DNA from: Nageia nagi
Lineage: Eukaryota > Plantae > Pinophyta
Assembly: GCA_050084985.1 (NCBI GenBank)
Contig: JBITNC010000001.1
Location: forward strand, 130,324,001-130,388,000
Reading direction: 5' to 3'
Length of the DNA stretch: 64,000 bases
Part shown: positions 53,505 to 64,000 of the stretch, piece after piece
Numbering within the stretch: the first letter of the stretch is position 1
Layout: each line of letters opens with the position of its first letter
Program-made: the position numbers and the translations under genes
The notes under the pieces: model-generated
What the model saw: only the letters and a program-made list of their open reading frames with translations
Database searches by the model: none
What the model was told of the DNA's origin: nothing

Positions 53505-56267
53505 CATTTACTATTTTCTTATCCTCATTCTTTGCTAGATGTAAATTTTTTATTTCCTCCACTATGATTTTCATATTTAATTACCCCATCTTAAAGAAGA
53601 ATTTTTTCTTTTTTCAACATCATTTAAATTAGATTTCCAAAAAATGAAAGGATATTATGATATACATAGGACCTTATTTTTTTATGAAATAACTCACTAA
53701 TATCTCATTTACATTTAATTCCCATATTGGATATTAGATGATTTGTTGTATATTCTTTAATCATGAGATATGTTTCTAAAGTTTATCATTAGGGCTTTCG
53801 TGAATTGTATATAGATCCACTAGTGTAGGTAATTGTTTGATATTATACCAATAATAAAATAAAAATATTAGAACTAATTTTTCACAATCATAAAGAGACC
53901 CATGATTGAGCTTGTAAGACTATTCACATGCCTAACCTTTCAAACCTTTAAGAAAAAATCTACTACCAACTTATCAAAATTAGTGATTTTACACTAAATT
54001 CTTTTTCAAATAATAATAAATATTATCTTGGATTTCATTTTCCATTGAAAATATAAAATATTGGAGCTTTATAATCATTTATAAGAGGAGCATTCAAAAT
54101 TTCTAAAAATATGAGACTTTGATTAAGGCCCTTGTAAAGATATTGTGAATCATTTTGAATTTTTATTTATATTACATCAACCCTAGTTTGATATAATAAT
54201 TCCCTTAATTTTGATTCTTTTAAATCTTTTGTATAAAATAGGTGAAGTTGGGCCATAACATCTTAATTAGACTTGTTATTTTGATTTATTTATACATTGT
54301 AATTATTTGATTCCTTCCTGAAGAAAGTTTGGTATTTCTAGCTTCCATACCATTTTCTTGAAAGAAGTTTTAGATCATATTCAAATCATTGTAGATTAAA
54401 GCCATATTTGCTCAAAGTAAGACCAACATATTGGATACAAGGACAATCTAATATTTTGATTGTAAAATTAAAAAGAAAAAAGAAAAAATGAGTTGAGTTA
54501 AACAAAATATAGACACAATATAAATGTAACATATTAAAATAAATATAATTAAGTGTATCTATGAAATGAAAATTGGTACCTAACTAAAACCAAAAATGTA
54601 AGATTTAATATAATATTTACAAGGCATGATTTACAAAGGACATATTGTTATTGATAGATTAGAGGTAACATAATTTAATGTACTATTATAAAAATTTAAA
54701 TAAGAAATTAATTAATGTTTTAGCCACCTAGAAATGATTTCTTATTTATTCATAAATCATATTTTAGGTACCTATATTTACAACAACTCTCAAACATTGC
54801 ATTTACAATAACTCTTTTATACATACAGTTCCTAGCTCTTTTGACTGCTAACATGACTTAAGGTTTATCCCCAAAAGTTATTTGCAACACCCACTAGATT
54901 TTGACTAGAAATTTATAAGGCAAAATATCAAAAATGAAGACTTGTATATAAAATAGCCAAATGTTGACAACACATGAAAGTCTTCAAAATTAAGACTAAT
55001 AGAAGACTCAAATTATATGTGAAAGGGAAGGAAGTTGGAATAGAAAGAATTTTCTAAAAAGAATGAAAGAATAAAAGAATGATAGTGTGTTACTCCAACT
55101 CAAAGTGCAATTATAAAAGAATACAATTTTTTTGAAAATGAAAATTTCTACTGTTGATCGGTATAATGTAACCTCAAAGGGTTTGGTCTAGTCGAGTTCT
55201 CCATTGCCCATAATAGTAGGTTCCTTGAAAGAGCAAAAGGTGGTGGGAATATGCTCGTGTTGGTTTTCTGCTCAATCTCTAGGTTATAGGCCAATTCCTA
55301 TCTATTATAAAGGTTTAAAGTAATAGGAGAGAGATAAAAAGTAGAGACTTACTGGAAAGAGATGAACACATTAAACTAAAATGTAAACAAGAACTACATA
55401 GCCCAAACATTGCAGCATAGGCAACAAATTGTAGCCAAGATTAAGAATAGTGAGCTATCTTATCCTTGGGGTCTCATAATCATAATACATAGCCATAACT
55501 TAAGATAACATTCCATACATAATATTCATAGAAACAATAAATAGCCACTTATTTAAAAAGGACAAAGCATTATCTATTTGCATTATCATGTATGAAAGCA
55601 TCTTCTAGACTTGGGTAAATTTGCTAGAATGTCCAACCTCATTGATTTCTAACAGTCCACCATTTGTACATTTACATTCCCTACTAGGTTGTTATCTATC
55701 ATCAATATACATAATTACTCATCTTAGATGAAGCTGGTGAATAAAAATATTTATAATAAATATCATAACTATGTTATATTACATAGTGAACAAATACCAA
55801 CAACATGACTATATAAGAATTTGCAATTTCTAAACAGTTGTATCCATTGAGCCATAATCTTTTTGACATGTTGTTGACTAATTGAAGAAGTAATCATTTG
55901 AAATTTGATAAGTATGATCTGGCACTATGCTTTATCGATATTCATCTACTTCTTTCCAACCACTAATGATCCATACTATAGTTTTGATTAAATAGATTAA
56001 TGGGGGTGGTGAATAATATATTAAGTAAGTTCAAGAAAAAACTACCACTGTTATGTGGAATTGAGTTAAATTTGACACATTAATAGGGCTTTAAGGGTCT
56101 AACACTTAAGATCAAGTAGACCTAGGGTGCTACTTCTTACCCTTTACTCTCAACTTAGTCTGGTAGGTTCTATTTCTTTTCTTCAAGCTCTATTGATTAT
56201 CTGGCTCTCCTTAGTACTCACTAACTTTGGCTAAAAGTTTTGACATCATCTTAGAATCGATGAGCTT

Positions 56268-56574
56268 TATTTGGTATCTTCATGAATCATCACCCACCAT
56301 TACTTATTCTAGTACTTGTTGATTTTAGCCAAAAATGATGATGTCATTATTGAAAATCAATGGGTTCTATTTAGTATTTTCATGAATCATCACCTGCCAT
56401 TACTCATTTTGGGACCCACTAATTTTAACAAAAAATAATGATGTCACTATAGAAAATTGGTGGTTTGTATTTAGTATCTTCATGAATCATCACCTACCAT
56501 TACTTATTTTAGGACCTATTGATTTTAGCTAAAAAATGATGATGTTACTATTGAAAATCAACGTGTTCTATTTA
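56268..56574. repeat. 100-bp tandem repeat, 3 copies
   Basis: catgaatcatcacc at exactly 56281, 56381 and 56481. Confidence 0.95.
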
Positions 56575-56643
56575 CTTCTAGGCATCTCCCACTAATTATT
56601 TGGACATAACTTGGGCCCACTTTTACAATAATTCCTAGACACT

Positions 56644-56762
56644 ATATTTACAACAACTCCTAAATATGTTATTTACAACAACTCTTGAATATTGTTTTTA
56701 TGACAACTCTCGGATACCATATTTACATCTTCTCTTAAATATTGTATTTACAACAACTCTTC
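56644..56762. repeat. ~25-bp minisatellite (atttacaacaactct), about 5 copies
   Basis: Direct inspection; two further copies at 54775-54815. Confidence 0.85.
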
Positions 56763-57229
56763 TACACATATAGTTCTTGGCTCTTTTGACTACTAACACA
56801 ACTTAAGGTTTATCCTTGGGAGTTATTTGCAACACCCGCTAGATTTTGACTAAAAATTTATAAGGAAAAACATCAAAGAACAAGACTTGTATATACAATA
56901 AACTAATGTTGACAACACCCAGAATTCTTCAAACTTAAGACTAACAAAAGACTCAAATTATATGTGAAAGGGAAGGAAGTTGGAATAGAAAGAATTTTCT
57001 AAAAAGAATGAAATAATAAAAGAATGATAGTATGTTACCCCAAATTAGAATGCATTTATGAAAAAATACAATCTTTTGGTAGCTCTAGGGGTCTCCACCT
57101 ACTGGAGAATAGGACCCATTATTTATTGCTTCAAGTTGCCTATTCAGATATAGATTTCATAGGAATATCAAGTGGTGAAATCAACTCTGTTAGGTGGAAG
57201 GAGTGCATCTTATTATTTAAATCCTTAAG

Positions 57230-60200
57230 GTATTAATAGTCAACTTGTGATAAAATAGGAGATGCTTGAATCTTTACAGTATCTACTTTGAAACCCATCA
57301 GAACATTCTCTAGCCTCCCAATGTGTAGGAACCTTATAATTGCTTCTTGGGTGAGATCATTTATTTATCATAAGTTTGAGATTTGCTTCTCATAATAAGA
57401 TTTTTTAAGGAATTGCATGGTATTATCTACCCACCTAGCAACACTACCATGTACATTTTATTCCTCCCATAATTTGAAAGCTTTCATTTCAATCAAAGAA
57501 TTTGTTAATAAAGCCCAATTCTATTGTGAGATGGTGTTTACTTATGTCCATATTGAACACCAAATTTTGGAGTTCACATATATCTTGAATCCTTCTCAAA
57601 TATGATTATCTTGGTCTAGGAGTAATGGCAGCTACATCTTCTTAGTCAAGACTCTTAACCAGCTCTGTATTTTTTCAATAAATAACCTTGGTATATCTAG
57701 AGCCAACCCATGGAGAGTGGTCTACATGTTGAACTATTTGATGGCTTGTAGTGTCTATTGTTTTAACAAATGCAAGTGTAACAAAGTCACCATCTTGTCT
57801 CCAACTTGCTCCACTAGGGATTTTTTTAAACCTTTTATGAGCAGTAATAGTTTCAAGTTGTCACCAAATAATACTTTGTTAGCTGCTATAATGGTTTGTA
57901 ATTTGACCTCAACTTGCTTGACCTTTTGGCCATCTATAATTGTAGCTTGAGCTTTAAGATGTTGTATGTTTTGATTTGCATTATCTAGCTCAACCTTTAT
58001 TTCTATCAAGCCCTTTTGAAATTCTTACTTTTGCTTATCAACCTTTGTAAGTAGGTCTTTGTTTTTATTCTATAGCTCAACCATTGTTTTATGTTTAAGG
58101 GAATAGTATTTTTTATATTGATCTATTTTATTATTCAATCTATCTATCTTAGTCTCCATTGCTTGAAGAATTTTACCAACTACCATTCAAGTATTTACAA
58201 AGAATATGGATTGGCCAATTTTTGGAGCACTCTGCATACTTATATCAATGATAGCCATGGGAGCAGTATCCAATTGTCCTTCTTTGAAATACATTTATGC
58301 TATCTTAATATTTCTTGTTTCTATTACCTTACTCAATTTTTTTGATTATTTCTCATGGGGCATAAGAGGTTTATTAACAAAAGTTTTCTAGTCAATGGGT
58401 TCTACAATTTACATAGAAAAAATTAATTTAATCTCATATTGGGAGGTTGTAGGAATTAAAGAATGAGAAGGAGTATTTACATCTAAAGTGGATGCTATGA
58501 CCTGTTGAATGAGTTTTGATTACTTTGGAGGTGAGAATTTTGAATTTCTATTCCTTTTTCTGCTTCCTTCATGACCTTATCTTCACTTTCAACCTTTTCC
58601 ACTGGGTCAAAGTCACCTTTCTTTCTATATTTATCATCACCATCATCACTTGGCCCACCTCTAGGTGTAGCTAGTACAAATCTTCCCACATCAAGTACAT
58701 TTCTCCCACCTTATTGAATTTCCATGTGTTCTTTTTTCAAGACTTTCTCTTTTTTGGGGACTTCCTTCTTAGCAACAATATATATGTTTTAAGGCTCTTG
58801 TAATTTCTCTACATCAAATATTTCTACCTCCTTTGCCACAATATCTAACATCTCTTATGTGATTTTGGAAGGTGGAGACATAGTCCTTTGTGATCTAGTC
58901 TATGTAGTGCAGGGTTTCTTTACTAGTTTTTCCTCTTTTTTTGGGGTCTATTATTTTTGAACAAGGGTTTGAATTCTTCTTCTCTTTTTTGAATATGACT
59001 CCTAGGAAGTAGTAGCAGTATCTAAGGAGTTTTATTCTCCCTTCTTGGAAGGCTCTTCTAAGCTAGATGGTTGTTCAACCTCTATCTATCTCACTCTTTA
59101 ACTATTTTTCCTCAAAAATTAGGGGCAAAAGGTTGGCCCAACTCTAGCAAGGGATCTTTAGAATACCTTAACTTCCAAAACTTATCATATTTTAATTTCT
59201 CAAATAATTCATTCTTAATATGATGGATCTTTATTATGTGTTCAAATCTAAACTTTATGAAATAATGAACCTTATTGGGGCCCTAACACAAATCTGTTAG
59301 TTGGGTGAGGACATCTAGATCGAGGGAAAAATCTTGTCACTTATTTTCTTAGCTCCTATATTTCTTTATCCCATCAAGGGTCATCCATGCCTTATTCATG
59401 GGTGTAAATTTCCATTCAGAATACATTTTTGCTTCTTGCTTCATTTTATTTACAAAATATTCTACATGAGGTCTATACTCATGGGTAAAGGCTGGATGCT
59501 TCTTGTTTGACCTTATTATTTTTTTCATCTCCACTAAAGGGTCATACATCCAAGAGGCTTCTACCATATCTAGTTTGAAATTTTGTACAATAAATTCTAC
59601 TATATTATCTTTACAACCTACTTCTAAAAGAGTAAATTTTTTAGTAGAAGCTGGTATATCTACAATAGATTTAATACTACCCTTAGATCTATTCTTAGTA
59701 TCTATAGCACATATTTTCTTGGTAATCTCTATAGAATATATCTGAGGTGTTACATACTTTGGTAAGAAAAAAGATTTTTCAAAATATGCATACCTCATAA
59801 TCAAGGTGCGATCTTTGAGAAAATACCAATCACCAACCTTATTTCCTTCCTATAGCTCTTGAACAGCACTCTTGCATAGTCTACTAGGGAGTCTTCCTAT
59901 TAAAATATACACTATCATTGCATAAAATTTATCCATGAACTTGTAATATGATCCATACAACTTAATCAAGACTAGAACCCTCAAATCAATCGGTATTGAT
60001 CCAATACTTGGGTTTATCAGTTAAATTGGTAGTCCTACCTCCACAAGTTTGTTAAGATTTTGATGGGTTAGGAGCAAAGAAAGATATGAAGAGTGTTTGA
60101 AGTCTAATTTTTCAATTTTGAAAATACATCTTTTTATCTCATTATAAATAAAGGCTAGAAAGTCATAGCAAATGTGTGCCTCTATGATATTGCAAGTCAT

Positions 60201-60938
60201 ATGCACCATGGCTTCATCTACTTCTATTTGGATTTTCTTCCCCAGAATAATCACTAGTGTCTATAACACCTCTCTATCCCTCTTATTTTCAAATAGAGTA
60301 ATTTCATAGCTTGGATAGAGTTATGTGGTTTTGTCTCCTATATATATTTCATCAATGCAGTTAATCATTTCATCTTCATTTATATAAAAATCACCTTTCT
60401 CTCTTTTTAAAAATATTTATTTCTTCACATGGAAATTCCAATCAACTGAGATAGTAAATGCTTGAAGAATATAATTAGGGGAGTAGTCGAGTATTAATTA
60501 AAATTTTAGCTCTATCTCCTCTCCCTACTCTTTATCCTTTAGCATTCTTATTTCATAACTTTTCTAGTTATGCCTATGTGCCATCGAATACAACAGTTCG
60601 AGGCAAGTGAATGATTCATAGGGCACATAATAAGCTAGGCCTTGGTCAATCATGAAGTCTCTCTTTGAGTGCACTAAAGCTTTTCTTTTTCTATCAATTT
60701 TGAGACTCATATGTTGCAAAAAGACATGATTGGGGTCGGCTCTCCATGTATCAATGCGGTTCATCAATCCCATCTTAGTCCAATTCACCCCCAAAGCATT
60801 CTTAAGGTATTCCTCTTGAATGGTAATTAGGTTGGCATCCACTTGTTCTACTTTAGTTGGAGTTGATGGTTTGGAATTCATCATAGTGTTAGCACTCTTT
60901 TTATAACCTCTAGTTTGCATTTGGAACTTAGAATCCAC
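57230..60938 (-). pseudogene. Degenerate extra ORF downstream of gypsy pol (same strand), with coiled-coil C-terminal part
   Basis: Chain of minus-strand ORF pieces 60564-60938, 60021-60254, 59349-59804, 58495-58689 and 57755-58009, rich in K/E, over ~3.7 kb. Confidence 0.55.
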
Positions 60939-61649
60939 ACTTTGTAAGGTCCTTCAACTCTATCTCTCCTTGCTCAATTCAACTCTATGAACACTATGCT
61001 TTGGTTACCATGAAAACTTGTATGCTCAAAAATGGCTAAGTGTTGAGTTAGATGGTAAGTGAGATGTTTTATTCATCTAGGATTTGTGACTGACATCTAT
61101 TAATGGTAATTAGTGCTTAAGATGTCAATATCCATGCATCATATGGATTGGGTGTCAATAGGTTAGATATGTCAACTTTGAGCATGCCAATTTTAAATTA
61201 GGGTAATAGTACAATGGTTTGAAGAATCTAAGGAAATCTTTCCTTAAATTCTTTCCTATTCAATTGACAGCTTAGTAGCACATTAACATTAACCCTACAT
61301 CATACCAAATTAATGTCGAGCATTAACAACTCTTTACTTTCTTGTAAGCTATGTCTAGAAGATGTACAAGCCTTAATTTTTTTAAAATTATATACACTAT
61401 AAAGTTTTTATTGAGTGTTACAAAATCACCTTATCACCTTGTAATGCTTCAAATAGATCCCATTAATATGAATAGGTAATTTTTGAGACCCAATGATATC
61501 TTGTAATTTGAATGCATTACTTTGCATGGCTTGAGTGATGATATAAGATCTGCTTCAGAGAGAGTTGAATTTCTAGTGTCTTGCAAGCTTTGCTTTCTCC
61601 TCATCCCATTTGAGAACAGTGTCACAAGTTCAAACTTCACCCAAGAATA

Positions 61650-64000
61650 CTTTTTCTTATCAAACCATTTCTTAAAAATGTGTTAGCAATGTTGAAATGA
61701 CTCATATGCTTTGTTCTGATCTTCCTCCAACTTTAGGAGTTGATTATACCTAGATTGTAGTGGCTCAAAGTCATGGTCCTCCATTTTTTGCAAGATTTTT
61801 AATGCTAGTAACTCAATGTGTATTGGTAATATAGGTCTTTTACCATATACTGTGCATATGGGGATGTTTTGATTATTGATTTAATGTTGATCCTATCTAC
61901 CTATAATGCAAATTCTAATTGTGTATGACATTGTTTGAGATTCCCTTAAATTATCCTTTTGATGATCTGAGTTAGGTTTTTATTAGCTAATTTAGCTAAC
62001 CTATTACCTTGTAGGTAATAATTTGAAGAGAATAACTAGTATATCCCATATTCAACAATAAAATTTGATAAGTTACCTTCAATAAATGTCAAGCCATTAT
62101 TTGAAATAATAGTCTATAGGATTCTAAAGCGAGTGATTATTCTTTTGATCATTTCTATCATCACTTCTTGATCTGTATTCTTACATGGCATAACTTCTAA
62201 CCATGTAGTAAAGTAATTTATTAGAGTCAAGATGAATTTATGGCCTATTGAGGAATTTGAGTTTATAACACCAATGAAGTCCATACCCCATTGTTGGAAG
62301 GGTTCCTTAACTACCATAGGTTTAAGAGGCATAGAAGCTTGCCTTCTTTTTCCTACAAATCTACTACATTTGTCACATTCTCAAGAAATCTTGAATGAAT
62401 CTTGAAATATGGTGGGCCAATAATACCCAACTTGTAATAATTTTGCTACTGTATTTGGTCCACTATAATGCCCTCTAGAGAATTCACATTGAAATTCATG
62501 CAATATTCTCCAAGATTCATCATGAGTCACACATCTTAATAGGGTTTGATCAAATTTGTTTCTATAGAGATGGTCATCTATCATCATAAAATTTGGATCA
62601 TATAGCTTGATCTCCTTTGAAATCTATCTAGAAATTCAAGACATTTACTAATTTGAAAATAAAAATAAGTTGCTTAATTCAATCACTTTCTTCATTAAGT
62701 TACTACTCATCCTATATAATAGTAATCATATGTGAAGCTTCAACTTTATTTTCATATAGAGCCCCACCTCTGATTAACTTGGTTGGTTTAATTTCCATAT
62801 CATATTCCATTATTTTAGTAATCCAACCAGTATTTCTTTCACCTAAGTCTCCTTGTATAACATAATTGTTTACATTTGGATGGATAGTAAATACAAGGAT
62901 TCTATTGTGGAAGACATAATGCTTGAATTTATTAAGTCCCTTCATTATTGAAAATACTTTCTTTTCAATAAATGAGTACATTTTCTAGTCTTGATGTAGT
63001 GTTTGGCTATGAAAAGTAATCAGATGTTGTTTCTTATCATCCTTCTATGCTAGAATTGCAACAATGCTTCTTTCTTCTCCATATGTGTACATGATGAAAT
63101 ATTTTGACATATCAAAATTTTTTAAGTATATAAGCTTCTATTATAGCCTTTTTAATTTCTTTAAAGGCTAGTTTTGCTTCATCTGACTAGGAGAATATAG
63201 CATCTTTTTTTAGCATTGAAGTGATTGGGGATATAATTTTTAAAAAATCATTAATGAATTTTCTAACAAAATTGATCTAACCAAGGAATGATTGCAAGGC
63301 TTTCTTTTTGGAGGGGAGTGACAATGCTTCAATATATTTCACTCTATTTGGATCAATCACTAATCCCTCCTTTGAGATAATGTGGCCAACTAATTTTGTT
63401 TGGTTAACCATAAAAATAATTTTTTTTGGATTAATTGAAATACCAAATTCTATGCATTTTTCAAAAATTTATCTAAGATGTTCCATATGATCCTTTATAC
63501 TCCTAGAGAATTCTATAATATCATCCAAATAAATTAAGATAATCTTATTTATCAGGTCACCAAATGCATGATCCATGGCTCTTTGAAAAGTAGCTTCTAC
63601 ATTAGAAAGATCAAAAGGCATTCTTTGAAAAGAAAATGTTTCCCATTTAGTTGTAAATGTAGTTTTGTACTGATCTTCATCTTTACCCAAATTTGGTTAA
63701 ATCTTGAGTAACCATCAATCATTGAAAAATAGTAAGCTCTGGCTACTGTATGCAAGATCTATTCCATAGGTGGGAGAGGATAATTATCTTTGAGAGATGC
63801 TTGATTCAAATTTCTAAAACCAACATAGAGTTTGATTTCCCCACTCTTCTTTATGATAGGAACTAGATTGGCAACCCAAGAAGAATGTTTGATAGAATAA
63901 ATAATTTTTGAATCAAGCAACTTTATCAATTCTTAGTTCATGGCTTCTTCTATTTTTGGGTTGATTAGCCTTTATTTTTGCCTATATGGTTTGGCATCTA
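61650..64000 (-). mobile_element. Ty3/gypsy LTR retrotransposon pol (RT-RNaseH-integrase), degenerate, truncated by the window edge
   Basis: RT KTTFTTKW..F.FQRMPF.L.N..ATFQRAM..YLDD (63469-63690); RNase H YS.IEK..KFKHYV..WITKIMEYDMEIK (62712-62981); integrase HHCC region GHYSG..GYYWPTIF (62381-62587); rve PFQQWGMDFIG (62114-62332). RT-RH-INT order. Confidence 0.95.

Larger units (their letters stand above)
50454..53525 (+). repeat. Diverged duplicate of the P450 flanks (matches ~12207-12830 and ~16040-17790)
   Basis: Shared colinear blocks: aaaacttataccca..ttaactatgt, ctaagtattgt, gcaaatattgta.gtt, ttatcttttgtctttttct, aattttacttgta, tacattaatctatgagtga.atgagaggagcacaaa, cttcttaggtgg.aaagtg. 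Confidence 0.88.
54800..57077. repeat. ~330-bp direct repeat pair (54800-55128 and 56745-57077)
   Basis: Both contain agttatttgcaacaccc.ctagattttgacta and agactcaaattatatgtgaaagggaaggaagttggaatagaaagaattttctaaaaagaatgaaa. Confidence 0.9.

Noticed and set aside
55151-55805. TGTTG...CAACA candidate solo LTR
   Set aside because: No matching TSD on the two sides.
56268-56574. Regularly spaced repeats resembling a CRISPR array
   Set aside because: The whole 100-bp unit repeats with no unique spacers; eukaryotic context, no cas genes.

Overview
AT-rich, strongly CpG-depleted eukaryotic DNA, most likely a gymnosperm (inferred from a CYP720B-like P450 and the repeat types). I found no intact protein-coding gene. 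Main contents: (1) a CYP720B-like cytochrome P450 pseudogene on the minus strand (15260-13214; 8 exons traced, several inactivating lesions, last exon not found); (2) a second, diverged copy of its flanks at about 50450-53525 that lacks the P450, which exposes empty sites for two SINEs and a solo LTR; (3) a structurally complete 11.4-kb non-autonomous LTR retroelement (32676-44097, minus strand) with ~4.1-kb LTRs, Met PBS, PPT and ATTAC TSD, where each LTR carries an apparent CpG-rich, intron-containing gene relic antisense to the element; (4) a five-unit ~1.05-kb tandem array interrupted by that element; (5) a degenerate hAT transposon, two hAT MITEs, tandemly duplicated LINE 3' ends followed by an extra ORF, and a degenerate Ty3/gypsy element running off the right edge. 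All alignments and translations were done by eye.
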